Part shown: piece by piece, positions 31,333 to 39,933 of the stretch | Position numbering within the stretch: the stretch's first letter is position 1 | Layout of the letters: every line of letters begins with the position of its first letter | Assembly (NCBI GenBank): GCA_041389085.1 | Contig: JAWKSL010000002.1 | Location: forward strand, 14,556-78,555 | Direction of reading: 5' to 3' | Source of the DNA: Minisyncoccota bacterium | GTDB lineage: Bacteria > Patescibacteriota > Minisyncoccia > UBA6257 > 1-14-0-10-44-23 | DNA: 64,000 nucleotides | The notes under the pieces: model-generated | Databases searched by the model: none | The model's input: only the letters and a program-made list of their open reading frames with translations | What the model was told of the DNA's origin: nothing | Position numbers and translations under genes: made by a program

Positions 31333-31812
31333 TTGGATTCAGGGAATAATCGAGGTTGGAGATATGATCAAGTTACTGAAGCGGGTCCTTCTGGGAGTGC
31401 GGGAGGTGGTGGATTAAGCTCATCATCAAAATCACGCCAAAGCAGCAACTCTAGTCCATCGAATATAATTCAACAAATTCAGGATAGAATAGCGGAATTG
31501 CGGCGACAACTTCATGAGCTTCAGGGTGAGGGCGCTAGTGATTTTGCTCTATACCGTACGCTCTTGCGTGGTATGCAGGGTGAGGATGTGCGTTACTTGC
31601 AGACGCTTTTGAATAAGCTAGGTTTCCCAGTTGCAAGTAGCGGCCCTGGATCGACTGGAAATGAAACAAGCCTCTTTGGACAACTTACACACGACGCTGT
31701 GGTGAAGTTGCAGGCGGCTCATATTGCGGAAATTCTTACTCCGGCTGGACTTTCTGCTCCAACTGGAATTGTTGGTCCTGCCACACGAGCTTGGTTACAA
31801 AACAATCAGTAG
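31333..31812 (+). CDS. peptidoglycan-binding domain (PG_binding_1-like) protein; likely the C-terminal part of the disrupted surface protein upstream (TTG start as drawn)
   Basis: MQGEDVRYLQTLLNKLGF...FGQLTHDAVVKLQAAH matches the PGBD signature. The translatable segment SDASGTQWQINPQGRRVIDYVDFKDSYNVNYEGDSL in a third frame links the two ORFs. Confidence 0.5.
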   Translation: MDSGNNRGWRYDQVTEAGPSGSAGGGGLSSSSKSRQSSNSSPSNIIQQIQDRIAELRRQLHELQGEGASDFALYRTLLRGMQGEDVRYLQTLLNKLGFPVASSGPGSTGNETSLFGQLTHDAVVKLQAAHIAEILTPAGLSAPTGIVGPATRAWLQNNQ

Positions 31813-32022
31813 CTCTTTATCCGCATAGGTGAACCTGCTACTATTCAGGGGTTATTTGCCTTTGTAGCTTCCTCCTACTCCTCCAACTGGCGGATTCGGA
31901 GGACTATGCAATGGACCCCCGCGTGGCTTTGCCATGCTGCAGTAGAGCCTTCTTGTCTTACGCAAAGGCTCACTGCGGGGCACAGTAGAACAATCCGTCC
32001 TACCGCGCCCGACTTGCCTGAC

Positions 32023-32097
32023 GCCCTCATAGTTCAATGGATAGAACAACTCCGTCCTAAGGAGGAAATCTGGGTTCGATTCCTGGTGAGGGCACCA
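32023..32097 (+). tRNA. tRNA-Arg (anticodon CCT), CCA encoded
   Basis: Acceptor GCCCTCA/TGAGGGC, D arm GTTCAATGGATAGAAC, anticodon loop GTCCTAA, T arm CTGGGTTCGATTCCTGG. Confidence 0.85.
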
Positions 32098-32433
32098 TAT
32101 CCTCGTATTTACACCTTTACTCTAGAATTAACACAGGATATTTTCCTTATTTTCTTTGTCGCTCACTTTTAACGGTTACCTAGCCTATTAAAAGCTTGCT
32201 TCTTGAAAATAAAGAAAATACCCTCGTTAAACTCTAAATAAAAGTGTAAACACGGGGATTTTTAATTAAGAGCAGCAGCTACTACTCAGAGATAGGGAAA
32301 GTGCTCTTACACAGGCACGATTTGTGTTTTATGCGTAAATTTGCCTATAATTAGCTTAGATTTGATTTGGTCGAATCTCTTTAGCTGCTCCCCAGGCGTT
32401 AAAGATTACAAATTAAACGTTTAAACATATCGA

Positions 32434-32607
32434 TATGGCAAAAGAGCCACTAGAATTTTACGACGTTAAGAGTAAGTCAAAGTTTACTACCGCTGAATAC
32501 CGCATCGAGGTAAAGGGGGGACGAAACTTTGCAGTGACCAAGAGCCAAGCAGGTCCACACGAATGCTGGCGCGTAGTATCAAAGGATTTCGCGGAAGCGA
32601 ACAAGTA
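32434..32607 (+). CDS. small hypothetical protein (57 aa); weak RBS
   Basis: ORF MAKEPLEFYDVKSKSKFTTAEYRIEVKGGRNFAVTKSQAGPHECWRVVSKDFAEANK, followed by a strong terminator (aaaagcccctcaggggtttttg). Confidence 0.3.
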
Positions 32608-32686
32608 GAAGTCACTTTCACTAGTGAAAAAACAAAAGCCCCTCAGGGGTTTTTGTTTTACCCTTGAATTGACTATATTTATCTAC

Positions 32687-32775
32687 GGAGAGGTGGCTGA
32701 GTGGTTGAAGGCGGCGCTCTCGAAAAGCGTTGTGCGGCTTATACCGTACCGAGGGTTCAAATCCCTCCCTCTCCG
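32687..32775 (+). tRNA. tRNA-Ser (anticodon CGA), type II
   Basis: Acceptor GGAGAGG/CCTCTCC, anticodon stem GCGCT/AGCGT with loop CTCGAAA, long variable arm, T arm GAGGGTTCAAATCCCTC. Confidence 0.85.
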
Positions 32776-32867
32776 CTTGCTATGGCGAACTACGGCGGGC
32801 AAGGCTTCTAAGTTTAGGGGTTCGTAGTGTGTTAATCTTTTTATATACAATTAATCTCTAAATACTT

Positions 32868-33215
32868 ATGTCTCGTACCGAACCAACAAAGGTGCCTGCA
32901 AAAGGTTTTTACCGCCACTATAAGCATGACCCAAACGGATCTTTTGGAAATTTTACCTATGAGCTTGTAGCTCTTGGCTACCACACTGAGGAGGATGGTG
33001 TGCATTTCATTGTCTACCGTCCTCTTTATAAGGAGGCTCAGGTTTATCAAGCCTCTCAGCGATTTGGTCTTCTTTGCGCTGACGTGCGTCCGCTTTCAAT
33101 GTGGATGGAAACTGTTGAGAAAGATGGAAAGGTTATGCCACGCTTCGAACTCATTACCGATGAGGTAGAGATAGCTAAGCTTGAGGGTTTGCGCGACCAA
33201 ATGTATTCGTCTTAG
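32868..33215 (+). CDS. DUF1653 family protein
   Basis: GFYRHYKHDPNGSFGNFTYELVALGYHTEEDGVHFIVYRPLY matches the DUF1653 core. Confidence 0.6.
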   Translation: MSRTEPTKVPAKGFYRHYKHDPNGSFGNFTYELVALGYHTEEDGVHFIVYRPLYKEAQVYQASQRFGLLCADVRPLSMWMETVEKDGKVMPRFELITDEVEIAKLEGLRDQMYSS

Positions 33216-33253
33216 CTACTGCCCCGGAAGGATTTCCGGGGCTTCACATTTCT

Positions 33254-33594
33254 ATGTCTAAAAAATTTCTTCTGGAATTGCACACAAAGTTCCCGCTGAT
33301 TTTAAAAGGGCTCTTGCTTTCGACAAGCGCGCTTTAAAAGCATGGGAAGATATTACTCCTTTAGCGCGCAACGAGTGGATATGCTGGGCGATTTCCGTGA
33401 AAAGTATCGAAAAGCGCAAAGAACATATCGGTAGGGTTGTTTCAGAGCTTAAAGAGGGAAAGCGCCGCCCGTGCTGCTGGTATGGATGTGTGCATAGGAA
33501 GGACAAAGAGCTTAGTCCTTCACAGCGATTTATCTTAAAGAAAGTCTTAGCTAAAAGACTTGTGGTTATCAGTAATTTTTGCGGTATAATTTAA
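33254..33594 (+). pseudogene. YdeI/OmpD-associated family protein; apparent -1 frameshift in an A6 homopolymer near 33260
   Basis: Family motif ...VPADFKRALAFDKRALKAWEDITPLARNEWICWAISVKSIEKRKEHIGRVVSELKEGKR lies in frame +2 relative to the only ATG (MSKKFLLE...). One extra A in the AAAAAA run would give a continuous 109-aa protein. Confidence 0.5.
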
Positions 33595-33600
33595 GTATCT

Positions 33601-36600
33601 GTGAAACGATTAACGTACTCAATTTTAGCGATAGCGCTTGTTAGCGTTTTTGCTGTTTCTTATACGGCTTCGGGGCAGTCGCTTCTTCCATCAGGTAGTG
33701 GGTTTGTAGACCCCCGCACTACAGGGGGCATTCAAACTCCAAGTGCTGGAAGTTTTGATAGTGGAGGTACTGGAGGCGTACTAGACCCTGTTATTGGTCC
33801 GATTCAGAGCATAGTTCCGACAGCTCCAACGACTGGTGGAATTTCTCCAACCCCGGTAAGTCCAACGCCAAGCAGCCCAACAAGTCCAACTCGCACTACA
33901 ACTCCAGTAGACACTGTTTACATACCGATCGACATAAATCCAACCCCGGTAAGTCCAACGCCAAGCAGCCCAACAAGTCCAACAACGCCGACTGGTGGAA
34001 CTTTTGTGCCGACAGTGCCAACTACTCCTACCGCACCAATAGCACCGACGACTCCGGTGGATGAGACTCCTACCACTGGCGGAACTTTTGTAGACCCTGT
34101 TGATGTAACCCCTGAGCCTGAAACTAGAGACGAAGTTTTTGTAGACCCGGTAGATATTGATGAAACTTTCAATGGCGGAGTTGTTGATCTTGGTGGCGAC
34201 GGAGAACAGAGCGCTAAAGAAAGAGATGAAAATATTGTTCGTATTTGCACAGAGAAAGATTCGAGTGCTGATTGTCGTGAATGCTGTGACGCAATTTATA
34301 CGCCAATAATTCGCGCGTGTTCAAGTTATTCAAATGATACTGAGCGCAACAGCTGTGTTCGGAACAATCAAAATTCTCAAGCAAGCTGCAATGCTTCCTG
34401 CAATGCACTTTCGGCTAGTTTTGGAGGAGGGAGCTCTCCAGTAAGTAGCGGAGGCTCATCTGGAGGTGGCTCAAGCTCTGCTGGTAGAGTTTATATCCCT
34501 AAAGATACTCCGATAAAAGTTACCGAAGAGATAACTACCGTACCGGAAACTTCCCAGAAAGTTCGTACTGTTCGAACATACATCGATACAAACACGCAGG
34601 TTAGTCTTACGCCGCAGAAGGATTTCATCGAGGTTGCTGTTCGAAAAGACATTCCTGTAGTTTCAAGCGTAGATTTTGTTTCGTTTGAAAACGTGCCTAC
34701 CGCTGGCTCACTCCTTGCGGCTATTACTCGAAGCGAGGTGGGTGTAGATGCAAACGGAGACGTTCTACTTATGAGCGACGCTGATAGTGTGGCTGAAGTT
34801 CTTGAGCGGCGAGCGACTGTTGGTGATTTTTTTGCTGGACTTGGTAGCGCTGTGACAAATGCATTTGATTCAATTTTTGATGCTATTGGCTCACTCTTTG
34901 TATCTGCCGATGATGACATTGAAACAGTGGCGCTCGTGGAAGATAGTTCAAGCACTTTTGAGTCTGGATGTGAGTTAAAAAACCAATGTACTGGAAGCTG
35001 TACCGTTGCTTCTGGTCAAGCGGGGATTTGTGTAAGTAGCGCACGCGAGGTCTCTGGATGGGGAAGTGGAATCGATTCTTCTGGGAAAATTATTCCAGCA
35101 AAGCCTGGTGAGAGCGCCGCATTTTTGACTGGCACTGAGTCTGTTTGTTCGTGCGAAGAAGCAGAGGATTTGCCACTTCCTTTACCAAAGGAAGACGGGC
35201 CAATGTGTGCCGGGGAGCTTGCTGATAGCGGCTCGATACCAAGTATCGAGCCTGGGTTTAGCTACACTATTCCAGAAGAAGGATTTGATTTTTCTGCCGA
35301 TGCAGGTGGGACTACTTGTGAAGAAAAGCTCGTATGTGTTGGCGAGGCAAAGCAATGCGACACTATAACTCAGAATGGCCGAGAAGTTGAAGTTTGCTGG
35401 ACTGAGTGTGTAAACGAGAAAGTGCAAAATGTCTGTGAAACGACAGGGCGGCAGAGTGGAGATAGTTTTGAGTCAGACATAATAGCTAAGCTTGAGCTTA
35501 CTGCTCAGCTTGCTTGTGAGGCACAGGCTGGTGCGCAGGTTGCTGAAAGTAACGAAGTAAAAAGCCTTGCTGTTTGTGGGGCACAAGGATTCACTTGTGA
35601 TCCAGATGCAGAAAATTGTGATTGCAGTGTTACTGTCGATATAGAATTTACCTGTACTGTAGATACAGAAAGTGTAAAGGCACTTGCTGCTACGTATAAG
35701 ACACAGGAGAGCAACTCAGAGCAAAGCGGCACCGTCGACTCTGCAAGTAGTGGTGGTTCGGCAAAACAGGGAAGTACAAAGTCTGCTTCAAATGTTCATG
35801 TTTCTGGAGGAGGAACTATTGAGGTTGATCTTTCTGCTACATGGGATCGCTTACAGGTATGTAGCCTAGAGTCTGGCTCTACCGTTAATGTAAAAAGTGC
35901 AGGAGGAGCTTCTACTGATGATGGAGGGGGAGACGATGGTGGCGGTGATAGTGATGGTGGTGGTGGAGGCGGTGGTCAAGCTGGCGATTCTGAAGACTCT
36001 CTTCTTGATGAGATTGCAAAGCTGCTTGGTGGTATTTTTGGAGGCGGTTCAAATAGTGCAGAAACTCCTGCCCAAAAAGAAACGACTACAGAGGAAGATA
36101 CGACTCAAAAAGATGACGATACACAAGATAGTGAGCCAGGATTTTTGGAGCGTCTCGCTGGCAATTTGGGAGAATTTCTTGACGGACTTTTTGGTGGTAA
36201 CGAGGAAGACTTGCGCGATGGCCTTACTGGAAATGAGGATGATATAGCATTTGAAGATGGAAACTCCGTAGCACCAACTCCTACTTTTGAAGACGAAGAT
36301 GAAGACGTTGCTATTGAAGATGGCGGCGAAGATGATACGAGCTTACCAGAGAATGACTCTGACAATACTGACAACGTAGACGTAGAAGACCTTAGTGGCC
36401 CTACTGAAAACCCAACTGCTGTTGTGCCTGGAAACTCTGTAGCTCCAACTCCTGAAGAAGAAGAAGAAGAAGACGTAGTAGTAGAAGAACCTACTGATAC
36501 TGACGAGGGCGATGAGGCTGGCGACAACGTTCCTGAGCGCGACAGTGGCCACCCAGGTATTGATGATGTAGTACGTGATTTGTTTGACGACGGCACCGAT

Positions 36601-37974
36601 ACTGTTGAAGTTCCAGTAGAAGATGCTGAGCCTATAGAGGAAGATGAGCCAATAGCTGAGAATATCGAGAAAGAGCACCCGCCAATTTGGGATCTTGGTC
36701 GTTATGACACCCCTCCTCCGGTAATCGGTGATCAAAAGGAGGAAAAGCCTCCTGTTTACGGACAATGTACGCCGCCAATGCTTGGTAATTCGCTAAAGAG
36801 TGGGTATAGCTACAATACACTTGAGGCTAGCGACGTAGTTAGCCCTGCAGCATTGAAAGAGAAGGTGGGAATTCTACTCTCTGCTATGACAGCTCAAGGC
36901 GATGCAACCCAAAAGGCTGCTTTATTGAATGAAGTGGCAAGTATTGCAAGTTGTCAGCCGATTCAATGTTCTGCAAATAGCTGGTGTGGTGTTGAAGTAG
37001 TGCTCGATGGAAGCAAGAAAGGAGCTCCACACCCTGATTTCCCTGAAATTCAATGTGTTTGTGGTGCTGGCGGCCCATCTGTCGGAACTAACACCGTAGA
37101 GACTCTAAAGACTGAAGAGAAAAAGGAGGACGTAAAAGAGGAAGAGCAAACTGGCCCTGTATCATGTGTGGCAAAAGAAGCGCCACAGTGTGGTGGTGCA
37201 TGTACTGCTGAAGAAGGAGGTGGTACTTGTGGTGCTGCGCAGTTTGGTCCATTTAGTAGCTGTGATGCTGTAGATCCAAAAGATCAATTTCCAGGGGAAG
37301 CGGCAAGTGGAATGACTAAGGAGCAGTGGGATGCGGAAGTAGATAGGCTTAGCGGAGCGAACGATCTTTTGGGAGGCGGATTGGCAGGTGGCTCTCATGA
37401 GGAGGGTGGAGAGTGCCACAGCTTTACCATTCAAGCCAAGGCATGTAGCTGCTCTGGCGTTCCGAAGAAAGAAGAAACCCCAGCCCCGACAGGTGAAGTA
37501 CCTGCGAACTCTGTAGTTCCTCCAGTTCCTACTCCGAATGAAACCAAGGATAGGCAACCAGAAGTTTCTCCTGAGAAGAGGCAATGCAAAGTTCGATATG
37601 CTGTTTTGAAGTATGGTGACTGTACTCGCTGTCACACATTCGCAAATGCTGTGCAGGGAGAGCTTTCGAATCTCGGTGCTTCATCCGAGGGGCGCATTAG
37701 TTACAACCTTAGCCTTGGTAAGGGGGCGGTTGGTTACGCTGAAGCAGTTTCAGTGGCAAACCCACGCCAGATTCCAGTAGTTGTTCTTCTGGCAGACACT
37801 GACTGCGATGGCGTTTATGATCGGTACCAAGTTTTTGCCGATGGGCCTGCGAGTGGATCTTCTCCATCGAGCCTTACTTCTCGCGTGAGTGCTGCTATTC
37901 GAACTTCAGGCAGAGGTACTGGATGGTATGGAGATGCTGGGCGATTATCAAAGTTTAACTCTGTAGCACGATAA
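33601..37974 (+). CDS. giant secreted/surface protein (1457 aa) with signal peptide, Pro/Thr-rich linker, several Cys-rich modules and a long Asp/Glu-rich region
   Basis: GTG start and N-terminal signal peptide. NPTPVSPTPSSPTSPT repeated exactly twice. Multiple Cys clusters; acidic low-complexity region between aa 780 and 1000. The frame is uninterrupted. Confidence 0.7.
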   Translation: MKRLTYSILAIALVSVFAVSYTASGQSLLPSGSGFVDPRTTGGIQTPSAGSFDSGGTGGVLDPVIGPIQSIVPTAPTTGGISPTPVSPTPSSPTSPTRTTTPVDTVYIPIDINPTPVSPTPSSPTSPTTPTGGTFVPTVPTTPTAPIAPTTPVDETPTTGGTFVDPVDVTPEPETRDEVFVDPVDIDETFNGGVVDLGGDGEQSAKERDENIVRICTEKDSSADCRECCDAIYTPIIRACSSYSNDTERNSCVRNNQNSQASCNASCNALSASFGGGSSPVSSGGSSGGGSSSAGRVYIPKDTPIKVTEEITTVPETSQKVRTVRTYIDTNTQVSLTPQKDFIEVAVRKDIPVVSSVDFVSFENVPTAGSLLAAITRSEVGVDANGDVLLMSDADSVAEVLERRATVGDFFAGLGSAVTNAFDSIFDAIGSLFVSADDDIETVALVEDSSSTFESGCELKNQCTGSCTVASGQAGICVSSAREVSGWGSGIDSSGKIIPAKPGESAAFLTGTESVCSCEEAEDLPLPLPKEDGPMCAGELADSGSIPSIEPGFSYTIPEEGFDFSADAGGTTCEEKLVCVGEAKQCDTITQNGREVEVCWTECVNEKVQNVCETTGRQSGDSFESDIIAKLELTAQLACEAQAGAQVAESNEVKSLAVCGAQGFTCDPDAENCDCSVTVDIEFTCTVDTESVKALAATYKTQESNSEQSGTVDSASSGGSAKQGSTKSASNVHVSGGGTIEVDLSATWDRLQVCSLESGSTVNVKSAGGASTDDGGGDDGGGDSDGGGGGGGQAGDSEDSLLDEIAKLLGGIFGGGSNSAETPAQKETTTEEDTTQKDDDTQDSEPGFLERLAGNLGEFLDGLFGGNEEDLRDGLTGNEDDIAFEDGNSVAPTPTFEDEDEDVAIEDGGEDDTSLPENDSDNTDNVDVEDLSGPTENPTAVVPGNSVAPTPEEEEEEDVVVEEPTDTDEGDEAGDNVPERDSGHPGIDDVVRDLFDDGTDTVEVPVEDAEPIEEDEPIAENIEKEHPPIWDLGRYDTPPPVIGDQKEEKPPVYGQCTPPMLGNSLKSGYSYNTLEASDVVSPAALKEKVGILLSAMTAQGDATQKAALLNEVASIASCQPIQCSANSWCGVEVVLDGSKKGAPHPDFPEIQCVCGAGGPSVGTNTVETLKTEEKKEDVKEEEQTGPVSCVAKEAPQCGGACTAEEGGGTCGAAQFGPFSSCDAVDPKDQFPGEAASGMTKEQWDAEVDRLSGANDLLGGGLAGGSHEEGGECHSFTIQAKACSCSGVPKKEETPAPTGEVPANSVVPPVPTPNETKDRQPEVSPEKRQCKVRYAVLKYGDCTRCHTFANAVQGELSNLGASSEGRISYNLSLGKGAVGYAEAVSVANPRQIPVVVLLADTDCDGVYDRYQVFADGPASGSSPSSLTSRVSAAIRTSGRGTGWYGDAGRLSKFNSVAR

Positions 37975-37978
37975 GAAT

Positions 37979-38239
37979 ATGAAAAAAGCTATAATCATTT
38001 CTTTGATAGCAATAGTTCTTGGAGCAGCGGGCTATTTTGGATTTACCTATCTACAAAATGCTGCACCAGCTGCAGATGATCTGGAGGTCAGTGCTGTAAG
38101 TGAGGAGTTCGAGGCAGCCCTTCGTGAATGTGTGGGTGGCCGCATATCTGATGAGAGGCTCGTCGAGATTCGTAACATTAGTATCGATGAGCTCACTGAT
38201 GCTGAGTATGAGATAGTGTTTGTGGAGTGCGCTCAATAA
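37979..38239 (+). CDS. small membrane-anchored hypothetical protein
   Basis: N-terminal TM helix; acidic ectodomain with two Cys. Confidence 0.4.
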   Translation: MKKAIIISLIAIVLGAAGYFGFTYLQNAAPAADDLEVSAVSEEFEAALRECVGGRISDERLVEIRNISIDELTDAEYEIVFVECAQ

Positions 38240-38327
38240 TTTCTAAATTGTAAAAAGGCTTCAAAAAGGCATATTGACAAATATGCCTTTTTGATATATA
38301 CTTATAGATAGTGAAAGGAGGCCCATC

Positions 38328-38723
38328 ATGAAGACGATGCTGTTTCTCCTGCTCTGCGTGTTGTCTCTCATGGTGGGAGGCCCCGCAGCTGGACAGGAAG
38401 TGCTTCTTCAGAGCACCAAGACTCTTGACCACCGGGCCGTGGTGCGAGTCTACAACCCCAGTCAGTCTCACGCTGCGAAGGTGAGCTGGGAGGGGGAGCT
38501 TCAGGGAGTTGTCGCTCCTCAGAGCTCGCGAACGATTACGATCATTCGCGAGCACCTCGACAGTTTGGCAATGCTTCGCCTGGAAGCGCGCTACTACGAG
38601 GAAGGTTGCGACATTCCGTGCGACATGTGCGAGACGAGCTTCACCTTGTTCCTCATGGACAAGGAAGTGAGCGAAGCTCTCACCTGGCGCCTCGATGCTC
38701 CCTATGCGCGGTTGGGTCAATGA
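38328..38723 (+). CDS. small secreted hypothetical protein in a GC-rich island
   Basis: RBS GAAAGGAGG; signal peptide MKTMLFLLLCVLSLMVGGPAAG; four Cys near the C-terminus. GC content is well above the local average. Confidence 0.5.
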   Translation: MKTMLFLLLCVLSLMVGGPAAGQEVLLQSTKTLDHRAVVRVYNPSQSHAAKVSWEGELQGVVAPQSSRTITIIREHLDSLAMLRLEARYYEEGCDIPCDMCETSFTLFLMDKEVSEALTWRLDAPYARLGQ

Positions 38724-38740
38724 CTCAGCCGCCAATCGCG

Positions 38741-38774
38741 AACCCGCCTTTTTACCGAGGCGGGTTTGTCGTTT
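38741..38774 (+). terminator. rho-independent terminator aacccgcctttttaccgaggcgggtttgtcgttt
   Basis: GC stem followed by a T-run. Confidence 0.6.
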
Positions 38775-39179
38775 ATAAAAGTTTGGAAAAGTTTTTAGAA
38801 AATTTTAAAGGCCCCCGTGCAGATTGGAGCCTGCGGTCGAGGGCCTTGTGCGGCGCGATCTCAGTGATGAGTGTTTCGCATTCGCGAAGGTGTCTCGCTA
38901 TTTTCGCCGAGACTTAGGAGCGAGTGTTCGCGAGGTTTGAACCGAGAGGAGAGTTGGTTCGTTTCGCTACTTGCTCGTCACTTTTTTCGCGCGGTGTGTG
39001 AAGCTTAGGACGTGCGGGGATCGCTCAGGAATCGAGGATATCGAAGCTGGGGGTTAGCCCTTTCGACTCTGTACGATGACTGCGTCTTTCAACTCACACT
39101 TCAAGGATCTGAATATAGTTTAGCAGAAATTTTACTTGCTTTCATCTGGCGGCACGCTAGAATTGTGAATATCTTTTTA

Positions 39180-39250
39180 GGGCTTATAGTGAAGCGGTAT
39201 CACGCATCCATGGCATGGATGAGTTCGGGGTTCGACTCCCCGTAAGTCCA
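39180..39250 (+). tRNA. tRNA-Ala (anticodon GGC) with G3:U70
   Basis: Acceptor GGGCTTA/TAAGTCC including the G3-U70 Ala identity pair, D arm GTGAAGCGGTATCAC, anticodon stem CATCC/GGATG with loop ATGGCAT, T arm CGGGGTTCGACTCCCCG. Confidence 0.8.
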
Positions 39251-39432
39251 CCCTAGCGACCCCTGCCTGCCGGCAGGCAGGGGTTCATAAGTCCGGTACG
39301 GTCCACACAAATAGGTTTTCGGGAGTTAGTGCTTACTACGCAAAAGCCAGATTGCTGTTTGTAGATAAATCAAAGATTTATACAAACAGGGAAGACTCTC
39401 CCTAGGTCCACCAATTGCGTTAGAATAACGAT

Positions 39433-39933
39433 ATGAAGAAGGTTTGCGTGAACGATAAATGGCAGAGTGATTATTGCTATACACCTACTGAGCCGGTAGG
39501 GAAGAATTTTGATCCAGATTTTAAGCCGCAGCTTACTCCAGCTGAAATGCTTGAGCTTGGAGTTTTTGACGGCGTGTATTTTAACGATAAGCCAGGAGAG
39601 TTTCCAAAGAGTTGGTTTACGAAAGCAAAGCTTTCTTTAGATAGAGACCCGAGGATAAACTTTTTTAAAGTAAATGCATCGAAGCCACTTTCGTACTGGC
39701 GAGAGAAAGGATGGATTTATAAAGATGATCCGCGCGGTTGGTTTCAGTGGTACGCGCGCTACTACATGGGACGAAGAATTCCAAAAGAAGATGCTCGGCA
39801 AATTCGCAGATGGAAAGCTTTTACTCGACACATTTCTCAACTAACTAAACACTGCAGACCGGGAGATTTTTCTTGTAGAAAAAAGCAGCGACAAGCGCTG
39901 CTTCATTGGGCTTACGATAGTAGGAAATTTTAG
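39433..39933 (+). CDS. conserved hypothetical protein (motifs GWFQWYARYYMGRR and RRWKAF)
   Basis: 166-aa ORF with a distinctive Trp/Arg-rich motif; the family looks familiar but I cannot name it with confidence. Confidence 0.5.
   Translation: MKKVCVNDKWQSDYCYTPTEPVGKNFDPDFKPQLTPAEMLELGVFDGVYFNDKPGEFPKSWFTKAKLSLDRDPRINFFKVNASKPLSYWREKGWIYKDDPRGWFQWYARYYMGRRIPKEDARQIRRWKAFTRHISQLTKHCRPGDFSCRKKQRQALLHWAYDSRKF

Noticed and set aside
38606-39245. ORFs 38606..38917 and 39012..39245 (+)
   Set aside because: The first overlaps the terminator and 3' end of the secreted-protein gene. The second is the translation of tRNA-Ala and its upstream spacer.
39010-39262. Possible tmRNA (ssrA): 5' GGGGAUCGCUCAGGAAUCGAGG resembles the tmRNA 5' tRNA-like domain, and there is a TTCGACTCCCC T-arm 230 nt downstream
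   Set aside because: The 3' acceptor strand (UAAGUCC) does not pair with GGGGAUC, and no tag-peptide reading frame with a terminal stop was found. The T-arm belongs to a perfectly folding 71-nt tRNA-Ala(GGC) at 39180..39250 that starts at GGGCTTA.
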